Virus record (IMG/VR): IMGVR_UViG_2778260995_000003
Coordinates: 1-4,983 of that record
Reading direction: 5' to 3' (one strand)
Length of the DNA: 4,983 nucleotides
From: a virus
Taxonomy: Duplodnaviria; Heunggongvirae; Uroviricota; Caudoviricetes
A model generated the notes under the pieces. That model searched no databases, was not told the origin of the DNA, and was given only the letters and a program-made list of their open reading frames with translations. Positions 1 through 4,983 of the stretch are shown here, one piece after another (the stretch's first letter is position 1; every line of letters starts with the position of its first letter). The position numbers and the translations under genes were made by a program.

Positions 1-362
1 ATCCGCGACAGCACGAAAGTACAGAATGCGGTTTCCACCACTTCAGCGGAGTCTCTGGCATTTTTCAGCTCCTGTGCGTCGGCCTGCGCACGCGTAAGTC
101 GATGGCGTTCGTACTCAATAGTCCCTGGCTGGAGATCTGTCTCGCTGGCCTGCCGCAGTTCTTCAACTTCCCGGCGCAGCTTTTCGTTCTCAATTTCAGC
201 ATCCCTTTCGGCATACCATTTTATGGCGGCGGCAGAGTCATAAAGCACCTCATTACCCTTGCCACCGCCTCGCAGAACGGGCATTCCCTGCTCCTGCCAG
301 TTCTGAATGGTACGGATACTCGCACCGAAAATGTCAGCCAGCTGCTTTTTGTTGACTTCCAT
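1..362 (-). CDS. nu1: Terminase small subunit Nu1, 5' part (about 120 codons; gene runs off the window start)
   Basis: Reverse-strand translation from ATG at 362-360 reads [71 protein letters not shown]..., nearly identical to lambda Nu1 as I recall it. It sits immediately downstream of a cos site, as in lambda. The supplied ORFs 102..461(+) and 221..427(-) are other frames of the same DNA. Confidence 0.93.
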   Translation of the reverse strand, partial: MEVNKKQLADIFGASIRTIQNWQEQGMPVLRGGGKGNEVLYDSAAAIKWYAERDAEIENEKLRREVEELRQASETDLQPGTIEYERHRLTRAQADAQELKNARDSAEVVETAFCTFVLSR

Positions 363-391
363 TGTTCATTCCACGGACAAAAACAGAGAAA

Positions 392-581
392 GGAAACGAC
401 AGAGGCCAAAAAGCCCGTTTTCAGCACCTGTCGTTTCCTTTCTTTTCAGGGGGTGTTTTAAATAAAAACATTAAGTTACGGCGAAGAAGAACGGAAACGC
501 CTTAAACCGGAAAATTTTCATAAATAGCGAAAACCCGCGCGCCTTCCGCCCCGTAGCCTGCCGGATCGCTGGAAAGGACCC
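392..581. other. cos: cos packaging site: cosB (R1 392-398, R2 432-438 inverted, R3 493-499, AT-rich IHF-type segment about 455-480), cosN (540-551), cosQ-like GGGTCCT (575-581, minus strand)
   Basis: The minus strand reads ...GGGTCCTTTCCAGCGATCCGGCAGGCTACG / GGGCGGAAGGCG / CGCGGGTTTTCGCTATTTATGAAAATTTTCCGGTTTAAGGCGTTTCC..., which aligns almost base for base with the lambda right-end/left-end junction as I recall it. Three GGAAACG / CGTTTCC elements lie in the lambda R1/R2/R3 arrangement upstream of Nu1. Confidence 0.8.
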
Positions 582-626
582 AGCTACTAGCGAATGCCAG
601 TAGCCAAGGTGGGCTGCGGGCTTAAT

Positions 627-872
627 TTAAAGCGGTGTGATTTGCAACCATTCAGACGCACTAATCTCAAAGCGACGTCCGTTAGACAACTCGATAATCA
701 CGGGTAATTCACCTAGCTCCAGCCAGGCGTTTTTTTCCGTTGGAAAACTAACAGTAGAGATCTGGTAATCCGATACGCTTTCAGCCAGTCGGCAACTTTT
801 AAACACATCACCAAGGGCGGACGCGAAGAATTCATTTAGCTCATATTCAATCTGCTCTTTAGCTGCTGTCAT
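627..872 (-). CDS. Hypothetical protein (81 aa), last ORF before cos
   Basis: ATG at 872 to TAA at 627-629, on the same strand as the late operon. Codon choice looks typical for E. coli (GAA, AAA, CTG, GCG). The ribosome-binding site is weak (GATGAGACAGAAAC before the ATG). I recognise no similarity to any protein. Confidence 0.45.
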   Translation of the reverse strand: MTAAKEQIEYELNEFFASALGDVFKSCRLAESVSDYQISTVSFPTEKNAWLELGELPVIIELSNGRRFEISASEWLQITPL

Positions 873-1004
873 GTTTCTGTCTCATCAACTTGAATAGGGT
901 AATCAGGAATGGATGCGAACTACAGGTCGTCTGCACCATCTTTCAGATTAAAGCAGCTCCACATTTCGTCAGGGTCAGTATTAGCCGACATCTCTCGCAC
1001 CTGA

Positions 1005-1115
1005 TTAATATTTGGCGATATTACAACAGGCACTCAATGAATGCATGTTGTAAGCCTCTCGCTCAGGAGCACTGAATCGTTCCATTATTGAATTAAATTT
1101 CTGCGACTCTTTCAT
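1005..1115 (-). CDS. Hypothetical small protein (36 aa, MKESQKFNSIMERFSAPEREAYNMHSLSACCNIAKY)
   Basis: ATG at 1115-1113 is preceded by a consensus Shine-Dalgarno (AGGAGG, then TTTTG, then ATG). The supplied 91-aa ORF 1005..1280 is the same frame extended to an upstream GTG that has no ribosome-binding site. Support is the ribosome-binding site only; no similarity recognised. Confidence 0.3.
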   Translation of the reverse strand: MKESQKFNSIMERFSAPEREAYNMHSLSACCNIAKY

Positions 1116-1137
1116 CAAAACCTCCTGACAAAGATAC

Positions 1138-1157
1138 CGTGCGACCACGGTCGCACG
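1138..1157. promoter_or_regulatory. 20-bp palindrome CGTGCGACC-ac-GGTCGCACG (two 9-bp arms, 2-bp centre); possible operator or stable RNA hairpin
   Basis: Arms at 1138-1146 and 1149-1157 are exact reverse complements. The site lies 11 nt upstream of the AGGAGG of the 36-aa ORF on the minus strand. On the minus strand it is followed by GTATCTTTGTC, which is only weakly U-rich, so a terminator role is doubtful. Confidence 0.3.
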
Positions 1158-1445
1158 CTCCTGAATACATGCCCTGTTTCTTCCACCCTCGCACAGGGCT
1201 GGCGAGCATGAGGGACAAACCCGCGAATCATAAACGTGGTAAAAACCCGGTGTGCATCGTTTTTGATTATTCCCACACACTCACGCAGAAGGAATTCCCC
1301 GTCGGGCTACGGTCATGGTTAATGCAGGAATACGGCGACGATACAGCGCATAATGTGTCAGGCTTGAATACCTTTATCGAATCCCGGTAACGAATTCTCC
1401 TGACGTTCCAGTCAGGTGATGATATGCATGGTGAGATTCAGATAT

Positions 1446-1469
1446 GAAAAAGCCCCGCTAAAAGCGAGG
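1446..1469 (-). terminator. Intrinsic terminator downstream of the 124-aa cargo gene
   Basis: Minus strand reads CCTCGC-TTTTA-GCGGGG then CTTTTTCATATC (5 Watson-Crick pairs plus one G-U, then a T-run). It starts about 20 nt after the TAA at 1489-1491. On the plus strand the hairpin is not followed by a T-run. Confidence 0.55.
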
Positions 1470-1488
1470 TCATAAATCACTTAATATC

Positions 1489-1863
1489 TTATTGAGGACG
1501 CTGGAGTAATCCGTGCTGAGCGAGAGTTAGAGCAATGTCATAAGACCCTTGCCTGTCTTTATAGCAAGTTTTATCAACTAGCTCAGCTTTGCTAATTCCG
1601 GGTAAATCAAGAATCAGATTCGCAACTTCAATTGCCCTTTGGTACAACTTACCGATCTTTTTCTCCCCATGCTGTGGTTTTACATTCTTCAGATAACCGC
1701 TATCCGCCAGAGCGAGAAACGTTGCCCTTGGGCATCCCTTCTTTCTTGACGATTCGCTTTCTGTAACCTCTGCAACAGCTGCATCCCATGCATCACGAGG
1801 GGATATTGAATTATCAGCAACCAAATAATAAGCAATTAAAGCGGCGCGCGCGTATTGAGACAT
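1489..1863 (-). CDS. Hypothetical cargo (moron) protein, 124 aa (MSQYARAALIAYYLVADNSISPRDAWDAAVAEV...LTLAQHGLLQRPQ)
   Basis: ATG at 1863 to TAA at 1489. The supplied 141-aa ORF begins at a GTG at 1914 that overlaps the Rz 3' end; I prefer the ATG. The coding region is visibly AT-richer than the flanking R/Rz (about 43% vs about 50% GC by rough hand count). It has its own terminator and occupies the slot where lambda carries bor. No TM segment or lipobox; no similarity recognised. Confidence 0.55.
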   Translation of the reverse strand: MSQYARAALIAYYLVADNSISPRDAWDAAVAEVTESESSRKKGCPRATFLALADSGYLKNVKPQHGEKKIGKLYQRAIEVANLILDLPGISKAELVDKTCYKDRQGSYDIALTLAQHGLLQRPQ

Positions 1864-1901
1864 AATGCATCCATATACAAAAATCTTATGATAAGACTTT
1901 T

Positions 1902-2345
1902 CTAATATGAACACTGTGATCTCACATACTCTTGCAGACCATTCAATTGGTTAGTTACGGTTTCGATGCGCTCTCTGAGAACGAAATAATCCCGTTGAGC
2001 GGTGTCAGTAAGTCTGGGGCTGGCACCATCATCCACGTCGGAGGCGGCGGTGGTTTTATGCATGTCCGGACAGACTGCTTTGACGCGCAGCCACTTACGA
2101 CCAGCAAAAACATCAGCACGTAGACTTTCGATAGTCGCGTTAGCATCAGCAAGCTCCTTTGTGTATCTGGCGTCGAGTTCTGCTACATCACGTTGACGCT
2201 TCTGCATGTCAGCGATAGTGGATGCGGCTTTGTCGCGCTGCTCTTTGTAGGCGATGGCGTTATCACGGTAATGATTAACAGTCCATAACAGGCAGACGAT
2301 GATGCAGATAACCAGAGCGGAGATAATCGCGGTTACTCTGCTCAT
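1902..2345 (-). CDS. Rz: Spanin inner-membrane subunit Rz (i-spanin)
   Basis: [39 protein letters not shown]...[23 protein letters not shown]... closely matches lambda Rz as I recall it. It has an N-terminal TMD, and its ATG overlaps the R stop (ATGA). Confidence 0.93.
   Translation of the reverse strand: MSRVTAIISALVICIIVCLLWTVNHYRDNAIAYKEQRDKAASTIADMQKRQRDVAELDARYTKELADANATIESLRADVFAGRKWLRVKAVCPDMHKTTAASDVDDGASPRLTDTAQRDYFVLRERIETVTNQLNGLQEYVRSQCSY
1955..2146 (-). CDS. Rz1: Spanin outer-membrane lipoprotein subunit Rz1 (o-spanin), embedded in the +1 frame of Rz
   Basis: [55 protein letters not shown]... has a lipobox (LVVSGC, Cys20), a penta-proline tract and a lambda Rz1-like C-terminus. 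ATG at 2146 is preceded by AAGGAG plus 7 nt. The supplied ORF start at 2152 is a TTG two codons upstream. Confidence 0.9.
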   Translation of the reverse strand: MLTRLSKVYVLMFLLVVSGCASKQSVRTCIKPPPPPTWMMVPAPDLLTPLNGIISFSESASKP

Positions 2346-2818
2346 GCCTGATTCTCTCTGACCGTTCCGCCAGCTTCTTTGAATTTTGCAATCAGGATGT
2401 CAGTCTTATGCTCGAACTGACCATAACCAGCGCCCGGCAGTGAAGCCCAGATATTGCTGCAACGGTCGATAGCCTGACGGATATCACCGCGATCAATCAT
2501 CGGTAAAGCTCCACGCTCCTTAATCTGCTGCAGTGCAACAGCGTCCTGGCTTTTGGGAGAGAAGTCTTTCAGACCAAGCTGCTTACGGTAGGCATCCCAC
2601 CAACGGGAAAGAAGCTGGTAACGTCCGGCGGCTGTTGATTTGAGTTTGGGGTTTAGCGTGACAAGTTTGCGAGGGTGATCGGAGTAATCAGTAAACAGTT
2701 CGCCGCCAACAATAACATCATAACCGTGGTTACGTGTCGGTTGTCGCCCGTTATCCGTTCCTTCTGACCAAGCTAACATATCGAGGAAGGCTTTACGCTG
2801 AGGATTAAGATTTTGCAT
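2342..2818 (-). CDS. R: Endolysin, lambda R-type lytic transglycosylase (158 aa)
   Basis: [62 protein letters not shown]... is near-identical to lambda R from residue 7 onward. The catalytic Glu19 in the AWSEGT motif is present. Its ATG at 2818 overlaps the holin 3' end by 14 nt. Confidence 0.95.
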   Translation of the reverse strand: MQNLNPQRKAFLDMLAWSEGTDNGRQPTRNHGYDVIVGGELFTDYSDHPRKLVTLNPKLKSTAAGRYQLLSRWWDAYRKQLGLKDFSPKSQDAVALQQIKERGALPMIDRGDIRQAIDRCSNIWASLPGAGYGQFEHKTDILIAKFKEAGGTVRENQA

Positions 2819-3110
2819 TTTTCACCCCTGTCAGTCGTTCCCAGAAGTACGTCAGTGCAACCGAACCCATCGCACCACTAATCCCCGCTGTCGCGAGAAT
2901 CATGTAAATACTGAATCCACTTTCGATGCTGATCAGGCCACCAATAACACCGGTGAATCCTGATACCACTATTTGAGCCAGAGCATTTATCCAACTCCAC
3001 GTTGCTTTACTCTGCTTCACATCTATCAGGTAGCGGACCAGACCGCCCCAACCTGCGATGATCAGCAAAACGAGCCAGAACGCTCCGGCAAGGCTCTCTT
3101 TTTCGTGCAT
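2805..3110 (-). CDS. Holin, class I-like topology (three predicted TMDs, charged C-terminus); not lambda S
   Basis: The gene lies immediately upstream of and overlapping R. The protein MHEKESLAGAFWLVLLIIAGWGGLV...WSWINALAQIVVSGFTGVIGGLISI...[36 protein letters not shown] has three hydrophobic spans and a basic tail. ATG at 3110 is the only ATG start; an in-frame TTG at 3122 adds MAIH. It does not align with lambda S as I recall it. Confidence 0.7.
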   Translation of the reverse strand: MHEKESLAGAFWLVLLIIAGWGGLVRYLIDVKQSKATWSWINALAQIVVSGFTGVIGGLISIESGFSIYMILATAGISGAMGSVALTYFWERLTGVKNAKS

Positions 3111-3224
3111 ATGAATAGCCAATGTTTCGCCGCCGACAAAAGGCCGGGACGTTAAATGTCAGAAATCAGGCTCACGGGGTAATTTAACGACAAAGCACGG
3201 AGTTTATGCTCCCCGCAAGCCTGG

Positions 3225-3250
3225 AATAAAAAAGCCAGCATGTAGCTGGC
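3225..3250 (-). terminator. Intrinsic terminator in the late-operon leader (second of two)
   Basis: Minus strand reads GCCAGC-TACAT-GCTGGC followed by TTTTTTATT. On the plus strand the hairpin is followed by AACAGAGGG, so it is minus-oriented. Confidence 0.55.
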
Positions 3251-3327
3251 AACAGAGGGTTAAGCAATATCAACTCAACAGCTGAAGACACCCTGGCTGG
3301 GGTAGGTTGGAAGGCTACTCACCGTCC

Positions 3328-3364
3328 AGAAACAGAAAAGCCCAAGGCTTAAAACCTCGGGCTT
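3328..3364 (-). terminator. Intrinsic terminator in the late-operon leader (first of two; tR'-like position)
   Basis: Minus strand reads AAGCCCgAGG-TTTTAAG-CCTtGGGCTT (6+3 bp stem with one mismatch) followed by TTCTGTTTCT. It lies about 50-80 nt downstream of the candidate late promoter. Confidence 0.5.
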
Positions 3365-3419
3365 GAATTTGGATTACTGCCAGTGCGTACAACATTGGCA
3401 AAATATCAGATTTACATGA

Positions 3420-3448
3420 AATATATGCTTTTTAATCCAGTTTTGCAA
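3420..3448 (-). promoter_or_regulatory. Candidate sigma70 late promoter (-35 TTGCAA, 17-bp spacer, -10 TATATT) straddling the stop codon of the Q-like gene
   Basis: Minus strand reads TTGCAA-AACTGGATTAAAAAGCA-TATATT. A -10-like GATATT (plus 3402-3407) sits about 5-15 nt into the predicted transcript, where Q-type systems have a sigma-dependent pause element. This is motif reading only. Confidence 0.4.
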
Positions 3449-4121
3449 TATTTTGCTGTGAAAATGTCGCCTTTTGTTTTGAACGTGTTCTCGTTACAAG
3501 CAATAAAGCTTCGCTATCAAGCTGTAGAAAAATGTGCTTCATTGCAACCCAGCGTTCAGTGAATGTCTCAGACCAGTTTTTTGATGTCACTCCCACCAGT
3601 GATGCCAGTTCCCGGTATTCATAAGTCTCACGTCCAGCCAGCTCGCTCTTCACATCCTGTGCTGCCAGCCAGATCAACTTCTTTAAGCGTTCCAGTGTCT
3701 TACTGGCAATTTTTCTTGTACCTAACAGAGTCTTAAACTCGTTCCATGCCCACTGCGTTATGGCAACCTGATGCTCCCAGCGAACACTTTCGCTGTAACT
3801 CCACAGCAACCACGCTTTCTGATGTTCTTCGAGAGACAGAACCGCGCGGCGCCATGAAGATGTTGAGAACTCAACCTGGCTGACCAGTGCAATGGATGGA
3901 CCTTTTGCGTACGACTGCTTACCGGAAATCGGCGGATTATCCAGCGTAATCATCCTGCCAGTTACCTCATCCAGAATGCGCGGCTTCTTTCGTTTGTAAG
4001 TACCAGTATCAAATTGTGCATGCTCCAGCCAGGCTTCAAGCTGGCCTTTCGTTGCTCCGCTCAAATCAGCGGTAGCCACAATGAGTTGCTCGCGGACATA
4101 CTGTAAATATTGGGTATTCAT
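3432..4121 (-). CDS. Putative late-gene antiterminator (Q-like by position, 229 aa; not lambda-Q type)
   Basis: ATG at 4121 is preceded by AAGGAG plus 7 nt. It sits between ylcG/rusA and the promoter-terminator leader ahead of the lysis genes, which is the Q slot in lambdoid phages. The C-terminal segment YEYRELASLVGVTSKNWSETF looks like a helix-turn-helix. The sequence does not resemble lambda Q as I recall it. That this is a real CDS I rate about 0.9; the confidence given here is for the Q function. Confidence 0.55.
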   Translation of the reverse strand: MNTQYLQYVREQLIVATADLSGATKGQLEAWLEHAQFDTGTYKRKKPRILDEVTGRMITLDNPPISGKQSYAKGPSIALVSQVEFSTSSWRRAVLSLEEHQKAWLLWSYSESVRWEHQVAITQWAWNEFKTLLGTRKIASKTLERLKKLIWLAAQDVKSELAGRETYEYRELASLVGVTSKNWSETFTERWVAMKHIFLQLDSEALLLVTRTRSKQKATFSQQNIAKLD

Positions 4122-4258
4122 GCGGCAGCTCCTTTCAGTGTTTTGGCGTAATTCTTCAGTATCCGGTAATCGGTCAAAACAGAACCGGGGAAACGATATA
4201 AGCGCAGGCGCATCCAGCGGTGGCGAAGACGTTCTGCCACATAAGACTCAAACATCAT
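4118..4258 (-). CDS. ylcG: YlcG-like small protein (46 aa, [46 protein letters not shown])
   Basis: This ORF is absent from the supplied track because it is short. Its ATG at 4258-4256 overlaps the rusA stop (ATGA) and its TGA overlaps the ATG of the Q-like gene (ATGA). It sits between rusA and Q as ylcG does in DLP12, and resembles YlcG as I recall it. Confidence 0.7.
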   Translation of the reverse strand: MMFESYVAERLRHRWMRLRLYRFPGSVLTDYRILKNYAKTLKGAAA

Positions 4259-4617
4259 TCATTCCCCAGTTCGGTGATGGTCAGCTCCAGCTTCCCACCT
4301 TTGGTAACGGGCATCTTCACAACGCGGTAATCAACGACCTGAGCATCATCCAGCCAGAAACCTGCTTTGGTGAGTGCGTCAAAAGCTGCTTTTTGCAGAT
4401 TATCCAGGTCACGGCGACGGCGATCCGGCATGTGGCACTCAATACGGATTTTCACTGGCATAGCCAGACCGATATCCAGCATGGAGCCTTTGATGATTCG
4501 GGCGACGTTATCGCGGTATACCTGCCCCTCTGCGCTGATGTGCGTGCGCCCGCGATTATGGCGGTAGTAGCGGTTATTGCTCGGCGGCCAGGGTAGTGTG
4601 ATGTAGTAAGTATTCAC
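4255..4617 (-). CDS. rusA: Holliday junction resolvase RusA (120 aa)
   Basis: [43 protein letters not shown]...[58 protein letters not shown] closely matches E. coli RusA as I recall it. The catalytic acidic residues (D70, D72, D91) are present. The start is a GTG at 4617 overlapping the ybcO stop (GTGA). The supplied 141-aa ORF overextends to an upstream ATG. Confidence 0.95.
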   Translation of the reverse strand: MNTYYITLPWPPSNNRYYRHNRGRTHISAEGQVYRDNVARIIKGSMLDIGLAMPVKIRIECHMPDRRRRDLDNLQKAAFDALTKAGFWLDDAQVVDYRVVKMPVTKGGKLELTITELGNE

Positions 4618-4904
4618 GCCTTGATTACCCCCTCTTTCAGCCAGATAACCTGCGTTCTCGCCATACCTTCCAGCGCGCATTCTTTTGCATACTCAGCATC
4701 GACAAAATGTGTGCGGCGGTCGATTTCGTCGTGACAGGCAGAACATGCAATGGTGGCAATCAGGTCTGGCGGTTTGATACCGGTACCGCCCAATCCAGCC
4801 AGCCGGATATGTGCCAGTACAGACGTTTCAGGATTGCCATTACATACGCCAGGGATTCTTGCCTGGCATTCCCGACCACGCGCTGCTTTTCTCAAATCAG
4901 CCAT
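4614..4904 (-). CDS. ybcO: YbcO-like protein (DUF1364-type putative zinc-binding nuclease, 96 aa)
   Basis: [64 protein letters not shown]... matches DLP12 YbcO as I recall it, with Cys-x-x-Cys-His and upstream Cys clusters. ATG at 4904 is preceded by AGGAGG plus 5 nt. The supplied ORF start at 4943 is an upstream TTG. Confidence 0.8.
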   Translation of the reverse strand: MADLRKAARGRECQARIPGVCNGNPETSVLAHIRLAGLGGTGIKPPDLIATIACSACHDEIDRRTHFVDAEYAKECALEGMARTQVIWLKEGVIKA

Positions 4905-4983
4905 GGTTCCTCCTTGCTGCCAGTCGCAACCATTTTTTATCAACCAGGCTGGCGGTATATCCGAGCAGTGTTGGTATTTCGGA
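4897..4983 (-). CDS. ninE: 3' end of an upstream gene (C-terminal 28 codons), NinE-like by position and basic W-L-R...A-R-R tail
   Basis: The open frame enters from the window end as ...[28 protein letters not shown] and stops at TGA 4899-4897, overlapping the ybcO start region by 8 nt. The identity is inferred mainly from gene order (ninE-ybcO-rusA in DLP12). Confidence 0.5.
   Translation of the reverse strand, partial: SEIPTLLGYTASLVDKKWLRLAARRNHG

Noticed and set aside
102-461. Supplied plus-strand ORF (119 aa) and overlapping minus-strand ORF 221..427 (68 aa)
   Set aside because: Both are alternative frames over the well-supported Nu1 coding sequence and the non-coding cosB region. The translations are low-complexity with no ribosome-binding site.
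1005-1280. Long version (91 aa) of the minus-strand ORF
   Set aside because: The extension begins at a GTG with no ribosome-binding site and encodes a Cys/Arg-rich low-complexity N-terminus. Only the 36-aa portion behind AGGAGG is retained.
1139-1390. Supplied plus-strand ORF (83 aa) opposite the late operon, and plus ORF 890..1075 (61 aa)
   Set aside because: They start at GTG/TTG, no internal ATG has a Shine-Dalgarno, and they conflict with the minus-strand small ORF that has a consensus AGGAGG. I could not exclude them completely, so the region is flagged in the findings instead.
1864-1914. bor-like lipoprotein gene downstream of Rz
   Set aside because: No ORF on either strand between Rz and cos encodes a signal peptide with a lipobox, or anything resembling lambda Bor as I recall it.
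1932-2196. Supplied plus-strand ORFs 1932..2123 and 2002..2196
   Set aside because: These are shadow frames on the opposite strand of the well-supported Rz/Rz1 genes.
2973-3155. Supplied plus-strand ORF (60 aa) overlapping the holin
   Set aside because: Antisense shadow frame of the holin gene, with no ribosome-binding site.
3123-3431. Possible tRNA gene or stx-type toxin insertion between the Q-like gene and the holin
   Set aside because: The gap is only about 310 bp, with no T-loop/anticodon-arm pattern and no ORF. It is fully accounted for by the promoter and the two terminators.
4081-4596. Supplied plus-strand ORFs 4081..4596 (171 aa) and 4367..4567 (66 aa)
   Set aside because: Antisense to rusA, ylcG and the Q-like gene, which all have strong protein-level or ribosome-binding-site support. 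The translations are Ser/Arg-rich and low-complexity.
1-4983. CRISPR array, IS element, integrase or att site
   Set aside because: No direct-repeat/spacer periodicity, no terminal inverted repeats flanking a transposase-like ORF, and no integrase. The window is internal to the prophage.

Overview
This window is the late-region junction of a lambdoid prophage (a lambda / DLP12-type mosaic), with every supportable gene on the minus strand. Reading right to left, in prophage transcription order: NinE-like 3' end, YbcO-like protein, RusA resolvase, YlcG-like small protein, a 229-aa Q-like putative antiterminator, a leader carrying a candidate late promoter and two tandem intrinsic terminators, a three-TMD holin, lambda-type endolysin R, spanins Rz/Rz1, a cargo (moron) segment at 627-1914, the cos site (cosQ-cosN-cosB) and the start of terminase small subunit Nu1. 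Identifications rest on my own reverse-strand translations compared with protein and DNA sequences recalled from memory; no database search was run. I found no rRNA, tRNA, CRISPR array or IS element. The best candidates for something undescribed are in the cargo segment: a 124-aa gene with its own terminator, a small ORF with a consensus ribosome-binding site behind a 20-bp palindrome, and an 81-aa ORF next to cos. Other points worth a second look are a cosN whose right half differs from lambda, and a non-lambda holin and Q-like protein combined with lambda-type R/Rz/Nu1. All plus-strand ORFs in the supplied track look like shadow frames.
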